Source: the human T2T-CHM13v2.0 reference genome, Homo sapiens
Assembly (NCBI GenBank): GCA_009914755.4
Contig: CP068257.2
Coordinates: 24,576,001 to 24,640,000, forward strand
Reading direction: 5' to 3'
Length of the DNA: 64,000 bases
Shown here: one piece after another, positions 24,701 through 38,883 of the stretch
Layout: each line of letters begins with the position of its first letter
Numbering within the stretch: the first letter of the stretch is position 1
Position numbers and translations under genes: made by a program
The notes under the pieces: model-generated
What the model was told of the DNA's origin: nothing
Databases searched by the model: none
Seen by the model: only the letters and a program-made list of their open reading frames with translations

Positions 24701-25740
24701 AATGCAATCCCATTAAAATTCTTTCATTTTCTGCAGAAATAGAAAAAACAATCTTTAAATTTGTATGGAACCACAGAAGACTCCAAATAGCCAAAGCAAT
24801 CTTGAGCAAAAAGAGCAAAGCTGGAGGCATCACACTTCCTGATTTCAAAATATTTTAAAGTGATTTTAATCAATAGATAGTACTGGCATAAAAACAGACA
24901 CCAGTGAAATAGGATAGAAAACCCAGAAGTAAACCCACATACTCACAATTGATTTTCAACAACAGTGTCAAAACATAACATTGGGAAAGGGCAGTTTCTT
25001 CAATAAATATTATTGGGAAAACTGGTTAACCACAGGCAGAAGAATGAAATTGGATCTGTATTTCACACTGTTTACAAAAATTGACTCAGAATAATTAAAG
25101 AGTTAAATATAAAATCTGTCTTTTTGATTAAAGCCATCCTAGTGAGTGTTAAGTAGTATCTCATTGTGGTCTGATTTGCATTTCCCTGATGGCTAATGAT
25201 GTTGAATATCTTTTCATGTGTTTATTGGCCATTTGTATATTCTTAAACTGTTAGTGGAAGTGCAAATTAACTTTAAAAAGCCACTCACTTTGGAGGACAG
25301 TTTGGCAATTTCATTCATTTTGAGCCAACAAACCCATTTGTGGGAATTTACCTTAAGAAGATAATTACAGAACTATGAAATGATGTGTGCTCAAGTTATT
25401 GCAGCCTTCTTTTACAATAAAGAATCGGAAACATACTCTGTAGAAGTTTTAAAAAATAGTAATTTTCTGATATACACAAAATGATGTACTATGCAGCCAT
25501 TAAAATGATGGTATGGAAATAAGTACTTCACACGTAAAATACCTATAATATACAAGTCAAGGATTCCTTATCCAAAATGCATGGGATCAGAAGTGTTTTG
25601 GATTTGGAATTTTTTAAGATTTTGGAATATTTGCATATACATAATGAGACTTCTTAGGGATGGTACCCAAGTTCAAGCATGACATTTATTTATGTATCAT
25701 ATATACCTTATATCCATAGCCTGAAGTTAATCTTATACAA
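24700..25740 (+). mobile_element. L1 ORF2 3'-region and 3' end in sense orientation, with a short internal inverted segment at about 25125-25230
   Basis: ORF 24661-24858 translates to ...PIKILSFSAEIEKTIFKFVWNHRRLQIAKAILSKKSKAGGITLPDFKIF, a match to L1 ORF2p. 25125-25230 reads antisense (gtggtctgatttgcatttccctgatggctaatgatgttgaatatc). 25230 onward is sense again (ttagtggaagtgcaaattaactttaaaaag ... tactatgcagccattaaaatgatg). Confidence 0.65.
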
Positions 25741-25744
25741 CTTT

Positions 25745-26090
<346 letters not shown>

Positions 26091-27231
26091 TTAGCCATCA
26101 AAAAGCAAAGGTGTCACTATCTCAGCCACCCACGTGGACAACCTGTGGTTGTTTGGCATCACCATCATGCCTGACTGAATTTATATGCCACCAATGAACA
26201 ATTATTTTCTTACTCTTATTTATACATGAGTCTCTAATAGTAAAGACAATGACATACCATCAATACAGTGAAAAAATACTGTGTTCAGCATAGCTAAGCA
26301 GAACAGTAGCATCACCAGAATATCTGTATCAGCTGTTAAACAATAGCAGCAATGAACAACGACAGGCTTTCAGTCCCCACTTGTGACCTGTTACGTCAGG
26401 TCAGATGTGGAATTGCCCGCTTGTGACATCATGTAGTTGCTCAAAACGTTTTGAATTTTGGAGCATTTTGGATTTCAGATTTTCAGTTTAAGGATGCTCA
26501 GCCTGTTCTGTTGAATAAATAGTGTGTCACAGAGTAGCATGCCATTTTACCTTTTGTCTTTTACCACTTTCGTGAAAACGTTCGCCTTCTTCTCTTTGTA
26601 TTTGTGTACATAAGGAGATGTACAGCGGATGACTGGTAAAAGTGAACAGTGTTTACCTCTAGGTGCTGGAATTTGGGATAGCATTTTGTTTTTCCTTTGA
26701 GATTTTCTCTGCTGTTAGAACTAAAGTAATTCAGCCTATATCAAAACAACAATAATAAAGTTACTTTCAAAGGAAGAATAATTTTGCTCTGAACTGTGCC
26801 TACCACTATCTCCCCTTACTATTGAGGACCACACCATTTTGACCCTGAATTTCTACTTTCAAACCACAAGAGAATCCCAATAAACTATAGTAACATGGAG
26901 AACTGGTGTAAGAAAAACACAGGAGCTTGTTTTCATTGAATTTCCTTGCAATAATTACACGAGTTTAATTAAAACAAATAAATTAGAATTGATACACTGG
27001 AATCAATATGCAAAAAACAAAATGTGCTTGTTTTACGGGTCCTAATAGGATTCCAAGCAGGAACCATTTTCTAGCATTTATTTCTAGCACATCTATCTTT
27101 GAATGGAAATTTGTGGGAGATGATGAGAGAAATCTAAACATTTCCCATTTTGGTGCTTATCATCAGCCCAGAAGGTTTAGTTCATCCAGTCTTGTTCAGA
27201 ATTGTTCATGCTCTGTCATGCCTGTGCTCAT

Positions 27232-28222
27232 TGATGTGGTTGGCTCCGTGTCCCCACCTAAATCTCATCTCCAGTTGCAATTCCCATGTGTCAGGGGATG
27301 GGGCCTCGTGGGAGGTGATTGAATCGTGGGGGTGGACTTCCCCCTTGCTGTTCTTGTGAGAGTGCGTGAGTTCTCATGAGATCTGGTTGTTTGAAAGTAT
27401 GTGGCACTCCTCCCCTTGCTCTCTCTCTCTTGCTGTCAGAGGTGATTGAACCAGAACAACTCCATTTTGAGTAGGGGCTGGGTAAAGTAAGGCTGAGACC
27501 TACTGGGCTGCATTCTCAGACAGCTGGTTAAGCTTTCTAAGTCACAGGATGAGATGGGCGGTTGGCACAAGATACAAGTCATAAAGTCCTTGCTGATAAA
27601 ACAGATTGCAGTAAAGAAGCTGGCCAAAACCCACCATAACAAAGAAGGCCACATGAGTGACCTCTGGTCATTCTCACTACTCATTATATGCTAATTATAA
27701 TGCATTAGCAAGCCAAGAGACGTTCCCACCAGCACCATGAGAGTTTACAAATGCCATGGCAATGTCAGGAAGCTACCTTATATGGTCTAAAAAGGGGAGG
27801 AGTACTCAGTTCTAGGAATTGCCCATCCCTTTCCCAGAAAACTCATGAATAATTCACCCCTTGTTTAGCATATAATCAAGAAATAATCATAAAAATGGGC
27901 AACCAGCAGCCCTGGAGTAACCATTCTTTTATTACTTGACATTCTTAGTGAACTTGCTCTCACTTTACTCTATGGATTCACCTTGAATATTTTCTTGCCC
28001 AAATCCAAGAGCCCTCTCTTGGGGTCTGGATCTGGACCCCTTTCCAGTAACACTGCCACCACATGAAGAAGGTGCTTGCTTCCCCTTCGCCTTCCATCAT
28101 GATTTTAAGTTTCCTGAGGCCTCCCAGTCATGCTTCCCATTAAACCTGCAGAACTATGAGTCAAACCTCTTTTCTTCATAAATTTTTATAGCAGTGTGAA
28201 AACAAACTAATATACCCAGGCT
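27232..28222 (+). mobile_element. MST/THE1-type MaLR LTR split into two halves (27232-27434 and 28053-28222) by a nested insertion
   Basis: The 5' half reads tgatgtggttggctccgtgtccccacctaaatctcatctccagttgcaattcccatgtgtcaggggatggggcctcgtgggaggtgattgaatcgtggggg...ctctctctcttgc. The 3' half reads ctgccaccacatgaagaaggtgcttgcttccccttcgccttccatcatgattttaag...aaacctcttttcttcataaatttttatagcagtgtgaaaacaaactaatata. Together they reconstitute one LTR. Confidence 0.6.
27435..28052. mobile_element. Unclassified ~615-bp LTR-like element nested inside the MST LTR
   Basis: It interrupts a contiguous MaLR LTR at a point where the consensus is continuous. It starts tgtcagagg and ends ...ccagtaaca, the TG...CA pattern. 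The flanks ttgc/ctgc could be a 4-bp target-site duplication. The family is not recognised. Confidence 0.35.
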
Positions 28223-28546
28223 GTTCCACATCTGGCTAAAAAGACCCTCTGCACCTTGAATTGCTAGACAAATCCCATTGTTCTACCAAGACTGGCTTTG
28301 ATTCACATCTATGCTCCCAATACTGTGTAAAAACTGCCTGGAGATCTGTTTCTTGCTTATCTATCTTCACATCTCCAGAGCTCTGTGCCTGGAATACTGT
28401 GAGCACTGTGCCTGGAATATTGGCAGCACTCAATAAATGTTTGTTGAGTAAATGCATGCATGTGTGCATGCAGGCAGTGGTCAGATTGTAAAAGGCTTTA
28501 TAAGCCTTTTACATGCTAAAAGGGAATGCTAAAGAAAGGGAAATCA

Positions 28547-28859
<313 letters not shown>

Positions 28860-30674
28860 TCACAGGAGTAGGGTCCTATGTTGCCTTAGAGGTAGTGTGG
28901 CTGCTTTCTTGATGTCCTCTCCTTACTCGTACCTGCCCAGTCTTGTAGCTTTCAGTATGATCCACAAATTCAACACACACATACCCCCACCACGCCCAAC
29001 ATACACACATATACATACATAAATACACAAACAACAGAAAAGAAAATGTCACCACATATTTCACATGACCTTAGTTCTTTGTTTAAATGAAAAAAAATCT
29101 CATAATTTTTTCTCACTGAAAAATGAATATATAGTCAATGTACACTAGACTATAGAAAAAAGTACAAAGAAGAAACATCACTTGATATCCCATTATCTAC
29201 AGATGAATGGTTAGAGTTTTGCTGTCTTTTCTATATAGGCATATATATTTACATATATATGCATATATTTAAGTGGCTGATAAGACAAAAAATAAAACAA
29301 TTAAAGGAGATGTTCTTTTTTCTTGGGAATATCAGTTGAACAGACTGTACATTTTGTCTTTTGTAAATTTAAGGCTAGCTAGAAACTCTTACACTTGGGA
29401 AAAAGAAGTATTCACAGATCTTTGTGTTTTTGTGTGGCTTTTACTCCCCTTTTACTAATAGAATTTTTTTTTTTTAAATCAAGAGTAAACATGAATGAAG
29501 GGTTATAGATTTTGGAAAGACATAACAGAAAGCAGCTGCCTCATGCACCCTCTCTCTTCACTTCTAATCCTGTTCACCAAAGCTAAGGACATTCAACCAT
29601 TTGCACTTTTTTTCATATGTATCTCCTTATTTTTAAAGGACATGCCTATATTGCTATTCTGGATTTTTCATTTTTAGTAGTTATCTATTCTTACCATGGA
29701 AGATGAAGATTTCATTCTCTTACATGCCCCCTCCCCACTCTTCCAACCCATGTTCCTTCCTTATGCTCCAAATACTGTTCATCATCATTTTTGTTCAGAG
29801 TAGACTGTTGAAGACATTGTTTCAATAATCTTCTCATTTTATTTACAGTTAAGCTATGTGTCATTTAATTTTTCTTGTAGAACATTTTGTTTTTCCTGGA
29901 GTTTATAATTGTGTTATTTTTTAGTTTGTTTGTAAGTATGTTTATTTAGATACTGAGAAAAAAATTTACTCGAATTTTACCAGTGCCAATACCTGGTTTA
30001 GGGTAGAATATTTTTGAAAATGACCTACAATTCCTAGTAAATTGCTTGAGCAATTTTCTGGTAGAATTTAACAAGATGAAGAGCCCACTTTAGAGGTTGG
30101 ATTTATCTGCCCAGCTAACTGTCGTCAGCCTTATGATGAGCTTCATAAACTTTAGCCAGACTTTATTATACCTAGTCTAACAAAGTCACCTAGCCAGCTT
30201 TCTTTCTCTTTAAATGTCTCTACCAGAGAAATCTTGACTGGCTTTATCAGAAGCCTTTGCTCTTGCAGCAAGTTTGACATAAAATATTGACACTAACCAG
30301 TAACCAATTCGCTTGGAAAGTTCCTTCAGCTATGTTCATCATTAATTCTTCCACTTAGTTTCCCCAAGAAGTGGAAATGGCCTCCCAATACCTTAAAACA
30401 CATTGGGTAATCTCTACATTTCATTCTTTCCTTGAAGACATCCTTCTTGGAGCATGCTATTTTCTGGCTGCATTGTAGGTTGATGAGTCTCTAGACTTGC
30501 TGCACAGAGATCGTCATGGGGACTTCTTTTGCCATCTTCCTGGGAATTCCCTTTCCCCTCTCCTAGATTGGATGAAGAGTTGGTCTCATGGGGGTCTGTG
30601 ACCGTTGCAATCGCACTTACCAGGGCTCTGCATTTGGCTTAGCACTCTGCTGTTGCCATTTTGAAATTCTTAAT

Positions 30675-30981
30675 AGCTGGGCACGGTGGCTCACACCTGT
30701 AATCCCAGCACTTTGGGAGGCCAAGGCTGGCAGATCACTTGAGGCCAAGAGTTTGAAACCATCCTGGCCAACATGGTGAAACCCCATCTCTACTAACAAA
30801 ACAAAAATTAGCCAGGTGTGGTGGCAACGCACCTGTAATCCCAGCTACTCCAGAGACTGAGGCACTAGAATCTCTTGAATCCAGGAGGCGGAGGTTGCGG
30901 TGAGCTGAGATCGTGCCACTGCACTCTAGGCCTGGGCGACAGAGCAAGACTTTGTCTCAAAAAAAAAAAAAAAAAAAAAAA
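30675..30981 (+). mobile_element. Alu SINE with a pure A23 tail and a 13-bp target-site duplication
   Basis: agctgggcacggtggctcacacctgtaatcccagcactttgggaggccaaggctggcagatcacttgaggccaagagtttgaaacc... followed by A23. The flanks read gaaattcttaatag and gaaattcttaataag. Confidence 0.9.
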
Positions 30982-31602
30982 GAAATTCTTAATAAGTTCT
31001 GAACAAGGGGCCCTGTGTTTTCATTTTGCACTGGGTCCCGCAAATTATATAGTTGCTCCTTATTGGACTCCCAGGTTTCTGTCTTTTGGTTTTTTTTTGG
31101 CAACTCTCTCTTTTTGGGGGAGCACCTACTCTAGCAGCTTCCTAAGTAATGCTGTATAAGAGATAAGAGTTTTTGAAATTTTGCATGTCTGAAAAAAAAT
31201 CTTTATCTTACCCTCATATTCTTTTTTTTTTTTTTTTTTTACTTTAAGTTCTGGGATACATGTGCTGAACGTGCAGGTTTGTTACATGGGTATACATGTG
31301 CCACGGTGGTTTGCTGCACCCATCAACTCATCATCCAGGCTTTAAGCCCCATATGCATTAAGTATTTGTCCTAATGCTCTCCCTCCCCTGTCCCTACCCC
31401 CTGACAGGCCCCTGTGTGTGATGTTCCCCTCCCTGTGCCCATGTGTTCTCATTGTTCAACTCCCACCTATGAGTGAGAACATGTAGTGTTTGGCTTTCTG
31501 TTCCTGTGTTAGTTTGCTGAGGATGATATCTTACCCTTATGTTCTAATAATAGTATGGTTCAGTATAGAATTCCCAGGTGGAAATTATTTTCCTTGAGGG
31601 TT

Positions 31603-31708
31603 TGTTTTTGTTTTTGTTTTTTTTTGAGACAAAGTCTCATACTGTTGCCCAGGCTGGAGTGCAGTGGAGTGATCTCGGCTCACTGCAACCTCCGCATCCC
31701 AGGTTTCC
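31603..31708 (-). mobile_element. 5'-truncated Alu 3' fragment (~105 bp), antisense, with a 15-bp target-site duplication
   Basis: tttttgtttttgtttttttttgagacaaagtctcatactgttgcccaggctggagtgcagtggagtgatctcggctcactgcaacctccgcatcccaggtt. It is flanked on both sides by ttccttgagggtttg. Confidence 0.75.
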
Positions 31709-32028
31709 TTGAGGGTTTGAAGGCATTGCTTCATTGTCTTCTGATGTCCAGTGCTTCTGTTAAGAAAACAGATGCCCTTTGATTCCCGACCTGTGGATAC
31801 GATCTGTATTTTCTCTCAGTTGCAGCTTTGCCATCTACTTTCTGGCAATCAAGCTTGATTGCTGTTGTCTTGTCTCATCTCCTTGTTTTTGCAGGTGATT
31901 ATTTAAAAGTCACCATTTTAGCAGTATTTTGAGAGAGAGCAGATGTAAACACACATTTTCAATCCGAGCCACTTTTAAATGTCTGTGTTGCTTATAAAGT
32001 CAGCTCTTTCTCTTCGTATGTAGAATCA

Positions 32029-32256
<228 letters not shown>

Positions 32257-34836
32257 GAGAGAAAATTCAATGTTAAGGAAACCTTTGCTCCTGATGAGAA
32301 AGAACACGAAAAACTGCAGGGAAAAATTCACTATTAGAAGGAAGTAGACTGTATTGGTAACCTAGTTGTGCCTGCTGGATCAAAGTTTGGCTACATGAGA
32401 TTGAACAAAAGAACCATCTCCTTGTTACCCAAGGAGATGTATCATGCCAAATCTATTGTTTTTGTTTTGTTTTCTTCAAATTATTTTTTCCTTAATAACC
32501 TGGCAGTGATTCAAAATATGAAAAGAAGATTCAGATGTGTTCTCTTTAAGGGGGATTCGACCATGACTGCCTTACATAAGCAGGATCAAAGTCCATCATG
32601 GGACTGGATTCCAGAGAACAATGATGGTAAGAAGGCTTCAGGGCTCACAGTTTGAAGAGTGTTGTTACAGAAATTCTCTGAGGGGTAGCAGGTGCAGAAG
32701 AGTCATAAAATTTAAGGGACCAACCATGGATAGGCTGTTGCCAGGTCATGAGCACCTTGAAGCATCTCTTGATGGCCATTCATTAGCCTAAGTATTTGTT
32801 GTCTGGGAGAACTGAGCAAGATGAGCTGCACAGTTCAGTTGTCCATAGGGTCATGTTTCTTCAGCACAGAGACCTGGTCTCCCTGATCATTGTGGGTTAT
32901 GGAAAAACGTGACCACACTTAAGGCAGAAGTTTCAATTCCCTCTGCAATTTTTCCTGCAGCACTACCTGCCTAAACACTTCACATATATGTCAATTCCCT
33001 TCCAGATTCTCTATTGTTGAACACGAATGTGTGTGGTTTTAAACTATTATGAATAATGCCATCAATATCCCAAATCACATATTTTTGCATATTCTTCATT
33101 TTTTCCCCATGCACATTTTACATATTGTGTTTTGCCAGCATACCTCCAGAAAAGTTGCTTCTTCCTCAGACTTAGTGTAATTTTACTTAATTTTTTTTAA
33201 AACACAGCAAATATAACAAATGGAAGAAATGACAGGGTCATTTCAGCCTCTTTTTATTTGAATATCTGTATTTCTTAAGGTTCATTTTCATCTTTGATAG
33301 AATTGGAATGCATTTACAACATGATTATAATATCTGATTATTAATAAATCAGAAATAAGGATGTATTTTTTGTTATCACTGAGATTTCACCTTCATGTAG
33401 CTCTGTACCCACTTCTAAGTATATTTTACAAGCATTTCTCTAAGAATTCCAACCATGTGAAAGTACTCTGGCAATAAAATTTTAAAAGCCTCTGTTTGCA
33501 CTTTGTACTTTTTAAAGGTAAGAGAAATTTGAGGCACAGGTGGGCAGCTGAGCCCTTGAGAGAAAGCAACAATAGCACCAGGTTTATCACCGTTCAGGTA
33601 AATGTTAGAATGTGGAATGCTTTTATTATCCCTGACATAGAGATCCTTCCAGTGTATTTAGACTGAGGGGTAGTTTTATTGTGCCAACTGTCAAAAGGTA
33701 TTGACTTCAATGTATGTGGGAAAAGATTGGACTCCAGAGGCACCGTGATTTTCCTTGCTCTCCTGGATGGTGCTGCACAGCCCACGGGGGCTCTGGCGGC
33801 TGCATACATGTGCAGTAAGTGCACCTGAAAAGAATACATGTGCTCAGGTGTGTATTCTGCCATCCAAATTTGCTGTACAAGCTCCCTTGAAGTTGACTAT
33901 TGATTTGCTGCCAAATGCAAGGGCAAGAGACTTAATGAACAGTTGGCAACATTTATGCCAAATTATCTTTAATTTTTTTAAGGGACTATATCTTTTTCAA
34001 GTAGTCTGGCAGTGAACTTCAGCTTCACTCATTCTCTCACCCTCCTCAATATCCAGTTAGTTATTTGGCCTGGCAATTCAACTTCCAAAAATCCCTCTCA
34101 ATTCAGTATCTCCTTTCCATCCTGAGCTACCGCTGCTCATGTTCTAGCTCATGAATTTAATCCCAACACTAATGAGGCTCCCTGCTTACTGGATCTTCCT
34201 TTCTTAATAACTCATCACTCTAAATCCATTAGGTCATTGTTCTTAAGAATCTTAATGGAGAAAATATTCACAAGAGGTTAACGTAATGCAAAAGATGGTG
34301 AAACGCTCTGGAATAAGGATGGAAGCTTAATGGGAAACAAATACCCCATCCTATTTTTGCATGTCCTCTGATCTCCTGCTGGGGCCACCCACTGCCAAAA
34401 ACAACCAAAAGTTAGAGGGCAAGCAAAAGAGCATGGGTGATACCATCTATCTACAACAGTTAGCTTCTTAGGGTACAGACTAGGTGGAGAGATACCATGG
34501 TGGGGAAAACGACATGTGGACGCCATTCAGCACAGTTACTTTTTCTGACTCTCCCAAGAAGAACGCATTTTCCCCTCATTGATATTCCAAGAGAAATATC
34601 ATTTTATTGGTACCTCAACTGAGGCACCTGTGATACTATATTTGTAAATTATTTCCATGTTTAGACCTTAGCTCCTTCAGTTAAGAACTATATCTTAATT
34701 ATGTTCATATCTTTAGCAGTTAGCACTATCTTGCAGACAGTGGTGCCCAATATATGTTTGCTAAATAAAAGAACAAATGATGGCATAGTTGTCCTGGTGT
34801 CTTTAAAGAAAATAATGGCTATAAAGAAATCCTTTA

Positions 34837-35138
<302 letters not shown>

Positions 35139-37339
35139 TTAGGTAATACGGAATGCAGAAATAGTGTTTTCTTACTTAGATCATGAGCATAAAAGCACTT
35201 TGTGAGATATAATGCTATTCAAATATTACTAGCATCATTTCCATTATTCTGGATTGAACATAAGAAGGAACAAAAGAGAAACAACAAATAGCAGTCAATA
35301 GGGAGAATGTTAAATCCTTTGGTAATACCTATTACATGGAGAAAGTTAAAACAGACAAACAAAGGTCCTTATTCAGCTAGGAATGGTGGCCAGATCAGGG
35401 TCATTGAAGTCTAGTTTCTTTTCTAACCCTGACTTGCTTTGCAGTATTTGGTAAATCACTTAACCTTTCTGCGGTACAGTTTTTCCAATCCGTTAAGTGT
35501 CTATTATAGTACTTTCTCCTTACTCTCGTGCAAGGATGTTTGGGTGATTCATTTGATAATCCTGTAAAGTACTTTGAGTCCCATAGAGAAAGCCAGGGAC
35601 ACAAGATTTTAACTGGGATTATTAGTTAGAAAGTCTTTTTGCCTTGGTTGAATCTCCGTTTTTCATTTGTAGCTCACCTGCTTTTCTGTGGCTTTCCCAG
35701 TTCCATCCTTGTTCCTGTACACAACTGTGAGGGTGTAATGATAACCAATTATATATCCCAAATGATGGGGCTATCATTAGATTAACTAGTTGGGTAGATG
35801 TAGAAAAATTAGAAAAGTGAGAAGATTTTCAGCTTGTCTGCAGATGACTAAGGAAAACACTTAGAGTGGGTGCAGTGGAGAAAGATTATTAGCCAGTGAC
35901 TGAAATCAATTAGGAACCTAACCAAAATGTTGTTATGTTCGTTGGCACTTGACCATGACCTTTTTGCCTTCCTAAGGAAAAATAATAACTGGCTCCAGGT
36001 TTAAAGAAGCTTCATAGTTTACATTGCTTGATACATTAAATTTTGAATACGTTTTGATATTGGTCCAGTTTTACAATTTCCTTCGAATGACAGAACCTTT
36101 ACGGAGGACAATATTAGCACCTCTTTATGGAGCAACTGAAAAACTGCAATAATATCTCCACCATATACTTTTGGAGGATTGAGAAAATGTGTCATCGCTT
36201 GGAATTCCTAATCTTATTTTATTCATTCAGGTTGAGGAATAATGTAAGATATTGCTCCACTGTGGCTTTATGAAATTTTTTACTTAAAAAAATCCAAAGC
36301 ATGTAAGTATTTATCTCATGGCTTAAATGTTCATCACTGTAAGGAGAAGTTTAAGATTGGAATGTATCTCTAGCCTTGCTCTCTCTCCCCCTGAGATCTG
36401 GCTTTATACTTTACAGCAGTAGGTTTGCAAATCAAAATGCCAGCTTGACCTAGCTGCCAGAAAGTCCTGAATATGAATCCCACAACAGAATTTATTAATT
36501 TTCCTTTACAAGTTGGTAATTTCTTATTTTCTCTTAAGTAATGCTAATTTTGGGTACACCCTTGCCATGAGGGAGGTTCTAGGTCTCCAGTGTTATTGTC
36601 ATACACTGGCATGTATACTGTCATCTCTACTGGTATTATATAATGTTGTTGCTGGTACAGGCTTTCCCCAGAATTTATAGAGATGGAGACAACACGAACT
36701 AGGCATCATCAGTCACAGCAACTCAGTTTATAGTTATTGAAGGAATTGTTGAAGGAACTCCTGAGTCAGTCTGTAAGTGAAATCACAGACATGTAAAATA
36801 AACACTTACATTTTAGATTATATGATGATGCTAAATTTTCTTTAAGACATTGGAGAATTAATGTGGGGGCAAAGAACAGGGCATGACAGGAGAAAGGGCC
36901 AACTGGGTCCCTCTCCATTTACAATGAGTATTATCTATTTTATATTTAATTTTTATCTTTTCTATGAGGCATAGTTTTATTAATTTCAGTTATACACCAT
37001 AGGCAAAAAAATGTTCCCAGTTAGAGATCCTGCCAAGCATCTCTAATCAATGTTGAAGCCCTGGTGGAATTAAGTTGGTTGCTTTGCTTTTTAATTTTTT
37101 TAAAAAAATAAATAGGGTATATGGGCTTGTTGTAAAATAATTCAAACAGCAAAATTGCAAAGTAGATGTCATCTGATGTCATAGCTGTTCTTCCCCTAGC
37201 CATGCAGTTTCACTGCTTTTGAAACTCCAGCCCCCTTTTCCTAGGCTAGCTCTGTTGGGAGCCTTTCAGAAATCTTTTCTCTGTATACACACACGCATGT
37301 GTATGTTATGTACATATGTATCAATCATGTCTTTATTTA

Positions 37340-37700
37340 TATCGCTGCTTTATTTCAGTCAGGCTGCTATAACAAAATGCCACAGATTGTAGCTTAAACA
37401 ATAGAAATGGATTTCTCACAGTTCTGGAGGCTGGGGAGTCCAAGATCAAGGTGCTGGCAGATTTGGTGTCTGCTGAGGGCCTGCTTCCTTCATAGATATC
37501 TGTTTTCTTGCTGTGTCCACACATGGTGGCAGGAAGGGCAAAAAGGCTCTCTGAGGTCTATTTTATCAGGGTGTTAATCCCACGTGCTTTGCCCTCATCA
37601 CTTAAACACCTCCCAAAGCTCCACCTCTTAATATCATGATTTTGGGAGTTAGGTTTCAACGTATGAATTTGGGAGGACATAAACATTCAGACCATAGCAA
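37340..37700. repeat. Unclassified interspersed repeat
   Basis: ggctgctataacaaaatgccacagattgtagcttaaacaatagaaatggatttctcacagttctggaggctggggagtccaagatcaaggtgctggcagatttggtgtctgctgagggcctgcttcc...ggtttcaacgtatgaatttgggaggacataaacattcagaccatagca is a motif set I recognise as recurrent in primate genomes. I cannot name the family reliably. Confidence 0.35.
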
Positions 37701-38105
37701 TCACATTATACATATTGCATGTCAAACCTTATATATATAAGATATATCTTTTTAATTTGACAAAAAAGGATCACTTTCCAGGTACTATTCTGTAATCTAC
37801 CTTTTGTGCTTTATTATACATCGTCATCATATTTCTGCTTCAGTGTGATAAATCTATTGTATTTACCCTAATGGCTACAAAGTATTGTCCTGAGAGATAT
37901 CCTAATTTATTTTTTTAAATGATTCCCAATTGACTGGCCTTAAGTTGCTTCTATTTTCATAGAAGCAATAATTATCATAATGCTACAATAAACATTATTG
38001 TACATATAACATTTTTGCATTTGGGGAGAGTATGTATATTGCAGGAGAAATTCTTAGAAATGGAATTTCTGGGCATATGAATTTTCAGAAATATTGCCAA
38101 ATTAA

Positions 38106-38506
<401 letters not shown>

Positions 38507-38540
38507 TAAGCCAGAAGACAGATGACAGAGGGCTGGTCTA

Positions 38541-38883
<343 letters not shown>

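Noticed and set aside
30617-30947. Overlapping 70-71-aa ORFs on the minus strand and 63-94-aa ORFs on the plus strand
   Set aside because: All lie within the Alu at 30675-30981. They are typical Alu-derived chance ORFs (e.g. ...[13 protein letters not shown]...), as are the similar ORFs over the other Alus (4839-5157, 23465-23653, 28625-29022, 34834-35064, 38492-38823, 40898-41119, 41609-41959, 43926-44192, 47380-47694).
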